A stretch of DNA of 64,000 nt from Heterodontus francisci (Eukaryota), in NCBI RefSeq assembly GCF_036365525.1, contig NC_090384.1, positions 71,261,715 to 71,325,714 on the forward strand, in the 5' to 3' direction. Below are positions 49,615-63,200 of the stretch, in pieces. Positions within the stretch are counted from its first letter, which is position 1. Every line of letters begins with the position of its first letter. Both the position numbers and the translations under genes were made by a program. The notes under the pieces were generated by a model. It worked only from the letters and a program-made list of their open reading frames with translations, was not told the origin of the DNA and made no database searches.

Positions 49615-50395
49615 TTAGAACCATAGAACCATAGAAAGATTACAGCACAGAAGGAGGCCATTCAGCCCATCGTGTCCTTGCTGGCCAAAAAATCTAGCCG
49701 CCCAATCTAATCCCACCTTCCAGCACCTGGTCCATAGCCTTGCCGGTTACAGCATTTCAGGTGCATGTCCAGGTACCTTTTAAAAGAATTGAGGGTTTCT
49801 GTCTCCATCACCATTCCTGGCAGTGAATTCCAGACACCCACCACCCTCTGGGTGTAAAAGGTTTTCCTCATGTCCCCTCTAATCCTTTTACCAATCACCT
49901 TAAATCTCTGCCCCCGGTTATTGACCTCTCCACTAAGTTAAACAGATCCTTCCTGTCTACTCTATCTAGGCCCCTCATAATTTTGAACACCTCAATTAAG
50001 TCACCCCTCAGCTCTAAGGAAAACAACCTTAGCCTATCCAATCTTTCCTCATAGCTGCAACTTTCAAGCCCTGACAACATTCTTGTAAATCTCCTCTGTA
50101 CTGTCTCCAGAGCAATTATGTCCTTCCTGTAATGTGACCAGAACTGTATGCAATACTCCAGCTGTGGCCTAACCAGCATGTTATACAGTTCCAGTATTAC
50201 ATCCCTGCTTTTGTGTTCTATACTTCGGCCAATAAAGGAAAGCATTCCATTCTTCACCACTCTATCTACCTGTCCTGACACCTTCAGGGACCTTTGATAT
50301 GCACTCCAAGGTCTCTCACTTCTTCTACCCCTCTCAATATCCTCCCATTTATTGTGTATTCCCTCACTTTATTTGCCCTTCCCAAATGCATTACC
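49615..50395 (-). mobile_element. CR1/HER1 LINE 3' fragment, same subfamily as 31485-32010
   Basis: CCATAGAA-repeat tail; LVRPQLEYCIQFWSH...GDLIEVFKIMRGLD. Confidence 0.9.
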
Positions 50396-51340
50396 TGTGC
50401 ACTAATTGTGCCAAAATTGGGAGAGCTGTCCCACAGACTAGTCAAGCAACAGTCTAACATAGTCATACTCACTGATTCATGCCTTACAACCAATGTCCTA
50501 GAATCCTCCATCACCATCCCACTACAGGTGGCAGCACAGTGCTATACAGGCGTGAGGGACTGGCCCTGGGAGTCCTTAACATTGATTCCATGATGTCTCT
50601 GCTGATCACTGCTTTTTCCAGGTCCCGTTTACCGGGTGGTGGTGGCACCCCTCCACCGCCTTTGTTCGGCGGAGGGTTTCATCTGTTGACTTTTTTTTAT
50701 TAAAATAAAACCCCCCAGTTTGTATCAGGTCAAACATGGTTAAGGAAACCTCCTGTTGACTACCACCTACTCCCCTCCCTCAGGTGATGACTCAGTACAC
50801 CTCCATGTTGAACAACACTTGGAAGAGGCACTGAGGGTAGCAAAGGCACAGAATGTAATCTTGGTTGGGGACTTCAATACCCATCACCAAGACTGGCTCA
50901 GTAGCACCACTAGTGACCGAGCTGGCCAAATCCTGAAGGACATAGCTACCAGACTGGGCCTGTGGCAGGTGATGAGAGAACCAGCAAGAGGGAAAAACCT
51001 ACTTGACCTCGCCCTCACCAATCTACCTGTTGCAGCTGCATCTGTCCATGACAGTATTGGCAGGAGTGACCACCGCACAGTCCTTGTGGAGATGAAGTTC
51101 AGCAATCCTGCCACATCCAGTCGTGAATGGTGGTGGACAATTAAACAACTATCTGGAAGAGGATGCTCCACAAACAACCTCATCCTCAATGATGGGGGAG
51201 CCCAGAACCTCAGTGCAAATGACAAGGCTGAAGCATTTGCAACCATCTTCAGCCACAAGTGCCAGGTGATTGATCCATCTCGGCCTCCTCCTGAGCACCC
51301 CACTATCATAGATGCCAGTATTCAGATAATTAAATTCACA
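50395..51340 (+). mobile_element. Second non-LTR family, APE endonuclease fragment with internal deletions
   Basis: NVILVGDFNTHH...NLLDLALTN...GRSDHRTV APE motifs in ORF 50756-51427. Confidence 0.85.
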
Positions 51341-52365
51341 CCACTCCCTCTTCATCTCGCCTTCTACCCCACCAGCCTCTGCAGTCAACAGATCACTCTC
51401 CACCATACCTCCAGTGTGGTGCCATGACCAAAACATCTTCCCTTTCAGCATTCCAAAGAGACCGTTCCCTCTGACAAACCCTGGTACATTCCTCAGTCAC
51501 CCCCAACACCTCTCCACTTTCCTACGACACCTTTCCATGCAAGCACAGGAGATGCAACACCTGCCCTTTTACCTCCTCCCTTCTTAACATTCAAAGCTCC
51601 AAACACTCCTTCCAAGTGAAATAGTGATTTACTTGTACTTCTTTCAATTTAGTATACTCTAATCACTGCTCGCGGTGTGGTCTGCTCTACATTGGGGAGG
51701 CAAAGCACAGACTGGGTGATCGCTTTGCAGAACACCTCCACTCAGTCCACAGGCGTGACCCTGACCTTTCAGTTGCCTTCCAATCATTTCAATTCTCCAC
51801 CTTGCTCCCACTCTGACCTTTCTGTCCTTGACTTGCTACAGTGTTCCAATGAAGCTTAATGCTAGCTCGAAGAACAGCACCTCATCTTTTGGCTGGGCAC
51901 TTTACAGCCTTCTGAACTCAACATTGAGTTCAACAATTTTAGATCACAATCACTGCATCCATTTTGTTTTGTGTTTCTGTGGTGTTTTTTTTTCTTTTGT
52001 TTCTCTCATATTTCCTTTACTTTGTGTTTAAATGGCAATGATCCTGCCATTCACATCTCCTCGAGACACATCTTTTGTTTCTTTACTTGTCCCATTACTT
52101 CTCCCTTTGTCTTTGCACTGTGAAACCTTTTGTTGTTTTATCTCTCCTGCTCTCCATCCTATCACAGACATTCCCTTTTGTTTTTCTTCACAATCTCCCC
52201 CCTTTCACTTGCTCAAAACATTTCAAACTTTTCCCAGTTCTGATGAAAGGTCACAGACCTGAAATAACCCTGTTTCTCTCCACAGATGCTGCCTGACCTG
52301 TTGAGTATTCCCAGCATTTTCTGTCCTTATTTCAGATTTCCAGCATCCGCAGTATTTTGCTTTTG
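51340..52365 (+). mobile_element. Penelope-like element 3' fragment
   Basis: Collinear with 17965-18775; GIY-YIG remnant CSRCGLLYIGEAK.RLGDRFAEHL. Confidence 0.8.
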
Positions 52366-52369
52366 TTTT

Positions 52370-52935
52370 ATAGAAAGCATTTGTTTGGCTTTAGCTAGAA
52401 TATTGTATTCAATTCTAGGCAGCATACTTTAGGAAGGAATTAATGGCTTTGAAGTGGGTACAGAAGAGATTTAGTATGATGGTTCTTGGGTTGAGGGATT
52501 ACAGTTGTGTGGGTAGACTGGAGAAGCTGGGGTTTTTCTCCTCAGAGCAGAGACGGCTAAGAGGAGATGTTCAGAATCATGAGAAATTTACATGGAGTAA
52601 ATAAAAAGCAACTGTTTCCAATGGCTCAAGAGTCGATAACCAGACAGAACAAATTTAAGATGATTGGCAAAAGAACCACAGGTGACATGAAGAAAACATT
52701 TTTTTATGCAATATGTGGTTGGGATTTGGTTTGCACCACCTGATAGGGTGGTGAATACAGATTGAATAGCATCATCCAAAGGGAGATTGTATAAAAATTT
52801 GAAGGAAAAATGATTGCAGGGATATGGGAAAAAAGCAGAGGATGGGATTAACTGGATTGCTCTTCTAAAGAACTGGCACAGACTCAATAGGCCGAATGGC
52901 CTCCTTTTGTACTGTACTTATCCATGATTCTATCA
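52370..52935 (+). mobile_element. Old CR1 3' fragment
   Basis: Degraded RLEKLGFFSSEQRRLRGD motif and CR1-type 3' UTR. Confidence 0.75.
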
Positions 52936-53572
52936 TCATGGTCAGTCAGGCTGGAAAAATATGCTGAGCCATTGAGGATGGCTTGCATAATAACAGTACT
53001 GTTTATTTGTTCCCAATGTTTTTAATTGTTTGAGGTTTGTGATGAGGGGAAGCTAAAATAGGTAATAGTGCCTTGACAACCTGTACTACATTCTGTCTGA
53101 TTGTCTTTTCTAATTGAAACGTTAACTGGGTGGGTTGTAAAACTGGTTGCCAATCCACTATTGCCTGTTTGGCATTACTGCCCAAGATGAATTCCACCCC
53201 TAATGGTTTTCTGCACAGCTAATTCACAACTTCAGTTGGAACATCAGAGGGAGACAGCAAGAGGAAGTTAGAGCATCTTCTATAGTGAGAGTAGAATATC
53301 TAGGGGGGAATTTACCTTCCCAGCACTAGCATTGTTCTAGGAAAAGGCTACATGTCTCCTATTTTCCAGAAAATAATGCAAGTGATTTAAAAGAGGGAAA
53401 ATAAATTAAAAGGGAGATAAAATATATCTTCTGAAGAAAAGCAACTAAGTTCATCATTCTTGTATGAAGCAACATAAATTAAATGAAAGTATAAAAGTAG
53501 CATTATTTTTCATTTCTGCAAGGCCAATTAGATCCACAATACAAAGCAATATCAAACAACAAACTACCTTAA

Positions 53573-54285
53573 AGATGCAACTAATTTCTCAGTGGTTCAG
53601 ATAGGTATTGTTCACCTGTAGTTTAGGTAGTACTAGTTGCATTAGGTTCTTAACTTAAGGTACAGCTGGCAGCTTGTCATTATTGTGATACTTCTGTGTG
53701 TGTAAGCATTTGCTGTACGTTGGTAAAACCACAAGCACAATGTATTTGGGCAGAGGTTCTGTACGGGGCTGTGTACTCGTCTAGGATATGTTTCTCGACG
53801 TCTACAGCATTGGGCTTATATCTGTTTGAGGACTGAGTGATAACGACAGCAAACAGCTACAATTGAAATGAGTTTCTGTCAATCTTCTATCCTATCCCTC
53901 AGTGGGAACAATGGCTTCACCTGCAACCACAATGCACGGTAAAACCACAGAGCCAGTGAACATATGTTCAGTGTTCAGAATGATCTCAGTTTGATCAGTC
54001 TTGATGTGATTGCTAAAAGGCACTCAGCTCACACAATATAATGTTGCATGAGCTCTTTATCAGTATGCTATTGCCTGCCATAAAATTGTGCTTTCCATCT
54101 CTTATAATCAAAACAATGAGGGTAGAAATGGTAAATCTGAAAGAAGTTCATGCAGAAATATCACAATAATGACAAGCTGCCAGCTGTATCTTACGTTAAA
54201 CATCTAAAGCAACTTATTAGACTAGTACTACCTAAACTACAGATGAACAATACCTATCTGAACCACTGAGAAATCAGTTGCATCT
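53573..54285. mobile_element. Foldback non-autonomous DNA transposon with ~125-bp TIRs and TTAA TSD (Kolobok-like)
   Basis: TTAA|AGATGCAACTAATTTCTCAGTGGTTCAGATAGGTATTGTTCA... and ...TGAACAATACCTATCTGAACCACTGAGAAATCAGTTGCATCT|TTAA; purine-purine termini plus TTAA TSD fit Kolobok better than piggyBac. Confidence 0.8.
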
Positions 54286-54884
54286 TTAAGATAGATCTTT
54301 TTCCCCTCTGAATATAGGAAAGCTGCAGAGAATAAAGGACCATTGTCCACCCACCTCATTTTAACTGGGAAGTCTGTAATCTTGATTTGCATTCCAGACA
54401 GACACATATTATTATCAGTGGTAGCACTCTTGCTTCAGAGTCAGGGGGTCATGGGTTCAAGCTCTACCTCAGAGACTTCAGCATATAATTTAGGCCCACA
54501 TTTCAATGCAGTGCTGCACTGTTGGAGGTTCTGTCTTTCGGATAAGATGTTAAACTGAGGCCCCCTCTGCCCTCTCAGATGCATGTAAAGATCCCCTGGT
54601 ATTATTCAAACAGCAGTATGGTGTCCTCCTCAGCTAACATAATTGAAACAAATTAACTGCACATTTATCTCATTGCTATTTGCTGTTTCCAAATTGCCTG
54701 CTTTGTTTGCAGGTAGGCATTAACCTGACAGAGGGGATCGGGCGGGTTCGACAACAGCGGGTGACCTGCTGCATCTTTCCAGGCTGTGAAGTTGAAAATA
54801 ACCCTCCTAAACTTCAAAGGTACTTCATTGGCTGGTGAGCACTTTGAGATGTCCTAAGGTCATAAAAGGTGCCACAAAAGATGT

Positions 54885-56955
54885 TCACCTCAAAATTGGG
54901 TTTGTGGTGCCTACAGTTTCTGCCCTATGAGAGGCGTTTTTGTACCAAAATCGTACTCGCACCATATGCGTACCCTTCCAGCATGGCCTGTGCCGAGCAC
55001 TGGCTTGGTGAAGGTGTTAGTGCTATGGAAGCAAGCTGAATAATGCTGGTTTGACACTAGTGCTGCCATTTACGACCTTGCTGCTCCAACTAACACCCTC
55101 TCTTAAGCATGCACAGCTGAATATGCGTTCAATGGCAGGAAGGACACTCGCCCTTCCAGCGACTTATTTAAAGGGATCATCTACGACACACAGTTACTGA
55201 TTAATTTTAACTGGTTCTGTTTGAGATTGTAGAAGTATTTGGTGATTTCCAGAGTTGTTTAAAGTTGGTGAGGCCAACAGTAGTGGTGGGAAAGGCCTTG
55301 GTTGTGACTTTAGAGGTTCTGGTCAGACCACTTGCTCCCAGCCATGGGTGCTGTAGTTACCATCTCCTTTAGCCTGCAGCATGAGAGGGGGAAGGAGCAG
55401 TGGCAGCAGAGAGGAGGACAAGTTCGTGCAGTGCCAGTATCTGAGCTGGTGGTGAGTGTGAGATCGATTGACAGTGTTTCTTCTTCATCTGTGGGCTGCT
55501 TTTCTTGGACTTCATATTTCTGTACCAGTGCTTGACCAGGTGGCAGTTCTTGAGTATCTGAAAAGATAAAGGCACAAGGATAGGATTGTGGTGAGGGAAG
55601 GGGGTGGGGAAAGCAAGAGATGTATGTTTACACCATCTGCAGCTTGAAACTCAGAAGAGATTGTGAGATGAGGAGGAAGTGGGATGTGAGAAGGTGGATT
55701 AAGTAGGAACATACCATCATCTTTTACAGTTTCAGTCCTGTCGCTGGCCATGACCTCAATTGTCACCACTGCAATAATGGCCAGTACTGTCTTCTCCATA
55801 GGGTAAAATGTGTCTGTCGGTTAGGTATTGCTGCCCCTGGTTATTGGCCCACCTTGTTCTGTAAGAGACAGGGAAGTGTGTCAGTGAGCGTGGGGCAATG
55901 TGTTTGGGCAATGCGCCAGTAGTGGTTGAATAGCTCTCAGTGTGTGTAAGCTGAGAAATGTAGGTGTGAGGCTTTCAGCAGTGCTAAGTGAGTGGGAGTG
56001 AGGTGTGGCTATGAATGTGAGGTCTGAGCCATACGTAATGGAGAATGTTGGTAGGTGAGTGAGGAGGGGTGTGATGAATGGAGCATTGTGTGAGACTAGT
56101 GGTTCTTTGTAAGGATATGGCATTCACTGACCTTGACCACTCATGTAAGGCCATTAAACTTCTTGCGGCAATGCATCTAGGTCCTTGGGACTAGCCTGTT
56201 GGCTTTAACCACAACAGGTACCTGCTCCCAATGCCTTCTTTGTATCTGTTTGGAGGGCCTCCAGGCCCCCTGTGGGAAGAGGACCTTTCTTCTTTTGTCC
56301 ACATCCTTCACCAAAGCCTCCAGAACCTTGGGGCATGCTCTCTGTTGTATCATTTTCACTCTTCTTCCTGTTCAGAGACTCTTCTGTAATCAGTTTCAGG
56401 ACTTACTGCAGCCAGAATGCAACTTGCCTTTAAGAGATGCAAGCTGGCTTTAAGTGGTGCTCGACTCACACAAACTTAAGCATATACATGCTGAGGCATG
56501 TAGCCACTCAGCATGCGCTTAATGCTGGGCTGCACACCACTATCATTTAAATTAGCAGGTAATGTATTGATTGATTGATCTGGGTTTGATTTGTTAGTCT
56601 GTCCACTTATCTGTGTTCATTGTGCTTGATTGCTTAAGCCCAATGGGTGGAGCTGAAGAGGTTGAAACTGAAACCGAAAAAAGACAGTCTGTTCTGAGAA
56701 GACATTGTACTAGGATCTAGTAAGAGCTGGGATACTTTAAAGTGCTGTAAATAAACCAGTTGGTGATTTAATACAAGTGCGATATCTGCATTGCCCTGAG
56801 ATAAATCAGATATACATAAAATATCCAACAACATGGTGTAAACATAACAGGTAGCATGAAGTTTATGTGCTGTTTGTGTCACAACAAATGGGAATAGGTT
56901 AATTGAGCATCGCGATATTGTGCCCGTTTTCCAGACTAATCCATTATTTCCCCCA
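54885..56955. mobile_element. Decayed Harbinger element; Myb/SANT remnant on the - strand (about 56130-56352), transposase largely deleted
   Basis: LEALVKDVDKRRKVLFP...WEQV..VV....VPRT*MHCRKKFNGL followed by an AAG|GTCAGT donor; boundaries approximate. Confidence 0.65.
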
Positions 56956-57157
56956 AATATTTATTATCTCTTTTTTATATCTGAGAAATGTAGGGAAATT
57001 GCTCATGTTATGAAAGTTGTTTATTGCTAATGAAGTCTTTTATGTAAAATAAACTAGTTATTGGTTTGATGCTGTGCTTATCACGATAGAATGCTTTTCA
57101 GTCATACTTCCATAGAGAAAAACATGCAGTGTCATGCATTATTTCAGTATGTGTGTC

Positions 57158-57790
57158 AGGATTTTCCAGGTCCCAAGCCCACCCATGGGGGGGGGGGGGG
57201 GGGAAGAAATCACAGCCCCTGATTTTCATGGGAATGGGCTGTTAATTGGATAGAGTGTGGGGTTGGCAGTAAATTAGCGGTCACAGGGGCAGGAACGGAA
57301 GTGAGACTGAAAAGGTGCGGGCCTGACCATGGTAGCTATTACTGTGGCTGCCATTTCATTGCATTACCTGTTGGTGGAAAAATGTCTCAGGAGAGGCAGA
57401 GGCCTGGAACCCAGGATAGGGCAGCCCCTCACTTTGCAGCTGCCGACCTAGAGGTCCTCCTTGAGGCAGTGAGGGAGAGCAAAGGAGTCCTCTTCCCAGA
57501 GAGTGGCAGGAGGAGGCCACCCACACAGACCAAGCAGGCCTGGATCAAGGTAGCTGACAGTCAGCAGATGGAGTGTGATGTGCAGAAACTGGGTATAGTG
57601 TAAGAAGAGGCTCAATGACCTTATTTGCTCTGGCAAGGTGAGTGCAGCACTGAACCCACAGGATAGGCCATTCTGTATTCACCCTCCAGCAAACATTCCA
57701 GCTGAGGAGTCTCAGGGTGCATGCTGTGTATGCCCAAGACACTTACTGACCCGTCAGACTGGCTGAGAGCCATAGTACTGCTGACGACCT
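57158..57790 (+). mobile_element. Harbinger 5' part with Myb/SANT exon (57382-57637)
   Basis: CAGGATTTT TIR-like start; RAAPHFAAADLEVLLEAVRESKGVLFPESGRRRPPTQTKQAWIKVA...CKKRLNDL then AAG|GTGAGT. Confidence 0.75.
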
Positions 57791-57793
57791 GCT

Positions 57794-59545
57794 GTGGTGT
57801 TCTTGGGACTGAAGTAAGATTTAGCCGAGTTTAGTAATGTGTAGGAGTTTGCATGCTGTTGAAAACAATGGATTCTTCTTTATTCTTTTACTTTCACTTT
57901 CCAGCCCCTCTGCTGGCATGTGTGTACAGTAGCCTTAAGTGAACAAAATAGACAACACGATTTTCAAAACATTTCATTCTTCCCCTTCTTAGTAAATAAC
58001 AGACATAGCATGTTTCAATGGTTTGTTTCCAAAAACATAGACAATAAACTTAAACATAAATAGTTCACTTTACAACATAGTCACTTAAGTATGGTGGAAG
58101 TTTTCTCTCACAAGTAGGATATCGTTTGATATCAGGTCAGGTGTAGTCTCATTTGACTCATGTTCTTCATCTGAGATGTCGATGTCAGAATGTGATTCAA
58201 TGCTTGCGAGTGGTGTTTTCAGTGCTTTGAGGAATGACACATTTTGTGTGATGATCTGTGAACCGCGCTTAGCAATGATCATGATCCTTTTGTGTTGGTC
58301 ACAACAAATGGTTGGATGTCATAAGGGGTTGTATGTTTTTCAACATGACCATCACATTTCACAAGTACTGTATCTCCTGGCATGGCAAACACTGATTGAT
58401 TTTGTGCTGTACCATGCGGTCAACTCCTGGGAACCATACCTTTTGCCTAAGGAGTTATTTGGTTGTGACAATTCCCTAGTGTCCTTCATATGCTGTACCA
58501 ACAACAAATTCTCTCAATGAGTGTGGAATGACAATACAGTTGTTGTGTAATACGAAATCAAATGTGGTTTTAACGGTGAGCTCATTTTGAACATTGTGAA
58601 GACCTTGTAGTGTGTGAGTGGTTTCATTTGTCGACACTCTCTCGATCACGTCTTTTCAGTTTCGTGATTCCATTGCCTTCATGCATAGTTGCAAAGCCTC
58701 AACTTGTTTTGTTGCTGCTTTGATGCCAGCTAGTTTTAGTAACTTTGGCACTGCGTTTATGCTTATGTAGTTAAGATATTGTTCAGCAACCTTTTCCTCA
58801 CGACTAGTAGGACTGACTGTCAGCAACAGATGTTGCGAAAGGTAGTTTGCAGGGTTGAGCTTGCCTGTCTGATACTCAACATAGAGTCATAGAGTTATAC
58901 AACACAGAAACAGGCTATTCGACCCATCATGTCTGTGCCGGCCATCAAGCACCTATCTATTCTAATCCCAGCACTTGGCCTGTAGCCCTGCTGGGAGTAT
59001 GGTTCCTATACCTTCCAGCAATGGGACTCAAACTCTTGTAATTTGAGCATCCAACGTTCTATTCGAGTGGATGGTTTGCTATCTGGATTGTTGAGCAAGC
59101 TCGCTAGTGGTCTATGATCGGTTATTACTTTAAATTTGCTTCCATGTGAGTAGAGATGAAAGTGTAAGATAACCCATGTGATTGAGAGCGCTTCTCTCAC
59201 CGTTTGCGAATTACTTTGCTCTGCAGACGTTAATGATCTGCTTGCCATCGCAACGATTGGTGGGTTACCTGTCTTGTCTTTCTGTACAAGAACTGCATCT
59301 AAGCCAGTTGGGCTTGCATCCATGACTAGCTGGGTGGTTTTCTCAGGGTTGAAATAGACAATTGTGCAACATGCTGATAAATGTCATTTGATCTGGTGTA
59401 CTGCTTGTTTGTGTGATTTAGTCCATTCCTACTTGGTGGTTTCTTTTGTCAGGGGGGCAGATAGCGTAGAGAGGTCAGGAATGAAGCGACTACAGTACAT
59501 GATGAGTCCAAGCAGACTCCGGACATCTTGCACATTGTAGATAAT
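57794..59545 (-). mobile_element. Gypsy LTR retrotransposon remnant (RT end/RNase H, deleted integrase, short 3' LTR)
   Basis: DVRSLLGLIMYCSRFIPDLS; DASPTGLDAVLVQ...ASRSLT.AEQ..SQT.REAL....VITDHRPL...RIERWMLKLQEF; polypurine tract AAGAAGGGGAAGAA before a TG...CA segment at about 57976-57794; interrupted by a CR1 tail at about 58880-59015. Confidence 0.85.
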
Positions 59546-60272
59546 TGAGAGTAGACTGCTGTGGCGGTAATTGGCTGGGTTGGATTTGTCCTGCTTTTTG
59601 TGTAAGGACATACCTGGGCAATTTTCAACATTGTTGGGTAGATGCCAGTATTGTAGCTGTACTGGAGCAGCTTGACTAGGGGCGCAGCTAATTCTGGAGC
59701 ACAGGTCTTCAGTACTATTGCCGGAATGTTGTCAGGGCCCATAGCCTTTGCAGTATCCAGTGCCTTCAGCTGTTTCTTGATATCACTTGGAGTGAATCGG
59801 ATTGGCTGAAGACTGGCATCTGTGATGCTGGGGACCTCAGGAGGAGGCCGAGATGGATCATCCATTCGGCACTTCTGGCTGAAGATGGATGCAAATGCTT
59901 CAGCCTTATCTTTTGCACTGATGTGCTGGTCTCCCCCATCATTGAGGATGGGATATTTGTGGAGCCTCCTCGTCCTGTCAGTTGTATAATTGTCCACCAC
60001 CATTCACGACTGGATGTGGCAGGACTGCAGAGGTTGGATTTGATCCGTTGGTTGTGGGAATGCTTAGCTCTGTCTATCGCATGCTGCCTGCGCTGTTTGG
60101 CAAGCAAGTAGTCCTGGGTGGTAGCCCCATTAGGTTGACATCTCATTCTGAGGTTTGCCTGGTATTGCTCCTGGCATGCCCTCCTGCACTCTTCATTGAA
60201 CGAGGGTTGATTCCCCTGGCTTGATGGTAATGGTAGAGTGGGGGATAAGTCGGGCCATGAGGTCACAGATTG
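59545..60272 (-). mobile_element. Second non-LTR family fragment inserted in the Gypsy remnant
   Basis: KALDTAKAMGPDNIPAIVLKTCAPELAAPL...HKKQDKSNPANYR. Confidence 0.88.
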
Positions 60273-60274
60273 TA

Positions 60275-63200
60275 TTTTTTTTTTAAACAAAGAACAGTAC
60301 AGCACAGGAACAGGCCATTCGGCCCTCCAAGCCTGCGCCGATCTTGATGCCTGTCTAAACTAAAACCTTCTGCACTTCCGGGGACCGTATCCCTCTATTT
60401 CCATCCTATTCATGTATTTGTCAAGATGCCTCTTAAAGGTCATTATCGTACCTGCTTCCACCATCTCCCCCAGCAGCAAGTTCCAGGCACTCACCACCCT
60501 CTGTGTAAAGAGCTTGCCTCGCACATCCCCTCTAAACTTTGCCCCTCTCACCTTAAACCTATGTCCCCCAGTAACTGACTCTTCCACCCTGGGAAAAAGC
60601 TTCTGACTATCCACTCTGTCCATGCTGCTCATAACTTTGTAAACCTCTATCATGTCGCCCCTCCACCTCCGTCGTTCCAGTGAAAACAATCCGAGTTTAT
60701 CCAACCTCTCCTCATAGCTAATGCCCTCCAGACCAGGCAACATCCTGGTAAACCTCTTCTGTACCCTCTCCAAAGCCTCCATGTCCTTCTGGTAGTGTGG
60801 CGACCAGAATTGCACGCAATATTCTAAGTGTGGCCTAACGAAAGTTCTGTGCAGCTGCAGCATGACTTGCCAATGTTTATACTCTATGCCCCAACCGATG
60901 AAGGCAAGCATACCGTATGCCTTCTTGACTACCTTATCCACCTGCGTTGCCACATTCAGTGACCTGTGGACCTGTACGCCCAGATCTCTCTGCCTGTCAA
61001 TACTCCTAAGGGTTCTGCCATTTACTGTAGACTTCCCAACTGCATTAGATCTTCCAAAATGCATTACCTCACATTTGTCCGGATTAAACTCCAGCTGCCA
61101 TTTCTCCGCCCAAGTCTCCAACCGACCTATATCCTGCTGTATCCTCTGACAATCCTCATCACTATCCGCAACTCCACCAACCTTTGTATCGTCCGCAAAC
61201 CTACTAATCAGACCAGCTACATTTTCCTCCAAATCATTTATATATACCACAAAGAGCAAAGGTCCCAGCACTGATCCCTGCGGAACACCACTAGTCACAT
61301 CCCTCCATTCAGAAAAGCACCCTTCCACTGTTACCCTCTGTCTTCTATGACTGAGCCAGTTCTGTATCCATCTTGTCAGCTCACCTCTGATCCCGTGTGA
61401 CTTCACCTTTTGTACCAGTCTGCCATGAGGGACCTTGTCAAAGGCTTTACTGAAGTCCATATAGATAACATCCACTGCCCTTCCTTCATCAGTCATCTTT
61501 GTCACTTCCTCAAAAAACTCAATCAAATTAGTGAGACATGACCTCCCCTTCACAAAACCATGCTGTCTCTCACTAATAAGTTTGTTTGTTTCCAAATGGG
61601 AGTAAATCCTGTCCCGAAGAACCCTCTCTAATAGTTTCCCTACCACTGATGTAAGGCTCGCCAGCCTATAATTTCCTGGATTATCCTTGCCACCCTTCTT
61701 AAACAAAGGAACAACATTGGCTATTCTCCAGTCCTCTGGGACCTCACCTGTAGCCAATGAGGATGCAAAGATTTCTGTCAAGGCCCCAGCAATTTCTTCC
61801 CTTGTCTCCCTTAATATTCTGGGGTAGATCCCATCAGGCCCTGGGGACTTATCTACCTTAATGCTTTGCAAGACACCCAACACCTCCTCCTTTTTGATAA
61901 TGAGATGACTGAGACTATCTACACTCCCTTCCCTAGGCTCATCATCCACCAAATCCTTCTCTTTGGTGAATAGTGATGCAAAGTACTCATTTAGTACCTC
62001 ACCCATTTCCTCTAGCTCCACACATAGATTCCCTTCTCTGTCCTTGAGCGGGCCAACCCTTTCCCTAGTTACTCTTTTGCTCTTTATATATGTATAAAAA
62101 GCCTTGGGATTATCCTTAATCCTGTTTGCCAATGACTTTTCATGACCCCTTTTAGCCCTCCTGACTCCTTGCTTAACTTCCTTTCCACTGTCTTTATATT
62201 CCTCAAGGGATTCGTCTGTTCCTAGCCTTCCAGCCCTTACGAATGCTTCCTTTTTCTTTTTGACTAGGCTCACAATATCCCGCATTATCCAAGGTTCCTG
62301 AAACTTGCCAAACGTCCTTCTTCCTCACAGGAACATGCTGGTCCTGGATTCTAATCAACTGACATTTGAAAGACTCCCACATGTCAGATGTTGATTTACC
62401 CTCAAACAGCCGCCCCCAATCTAAATTCTTTAGTTCCTGCCTAATATTGTTATAATTAGCCTTCCCCCAATTTAGCACCTTCACCCGAGGACTGCTCTTA
62501 TCCTTATCCACAAGTACCTTAAAACTTATGGAATTATGGTCACTGTTCCCGAAATGCTCCCCTACTGAAACTTCGACCACCTGGCCGGGCTCATTCCCCA
62601 ATACCAGGTCCAGTACGGCCCCATCCCTAGTTGGACTATCTACATATTGTTTCAAGAAGCCCTCCTGGATGCTCCTTACAAATTCTGCCCCATCCAAGCC
62701 CCTAGCACTAAATGAGTCCCAGTCAATATAAGGGAAGTTAAAATCACCCACCACTACAACCCTGTTACCTTTACATCTTTCCAAAATCTGTCTACATATC
62801 TGCTCCTCTACTTCCCGCTGGCTGTTGGGAGGCCTGTAGTAAACCCCCAACATCGTGACTGCACCCTTCCTATTCCTGAGCTCCACCTATATTGCCTCGC
62901 TGCACGACCCCTCCGAGGTGTCCTCCCACAGTACAGCTGTGATATTCTCCTTAACAAGTAATGCAACTCCCCCACCCCTTTTACATCCCCCTCTATCCCG
63001 CCTGAAGCTTCTAAATCCTGGAACATTTAGCTGCCAATCCTGTCCTTCCCTCAACCAAGTCTCTGTAATAGCAACAACATCATAGTTCCAAGTGCTAATC
63101 CAAGCTCTAAGCTCATCTGCCTTACCTGTTATACTTCTCGCATTGAAACAAATGCACTTCAGACCACCAGTCCCGCTGTGCTCCGCAACATCTCCCTGCC

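Noticed and set aside
31485-50135. Inverted CR1 copies flanking RAG1 as ends of a composite mobile unit
   Set aside because: CR1 3' ends are abundant in both orientations, each has its own tail, and there is no shared TSD.
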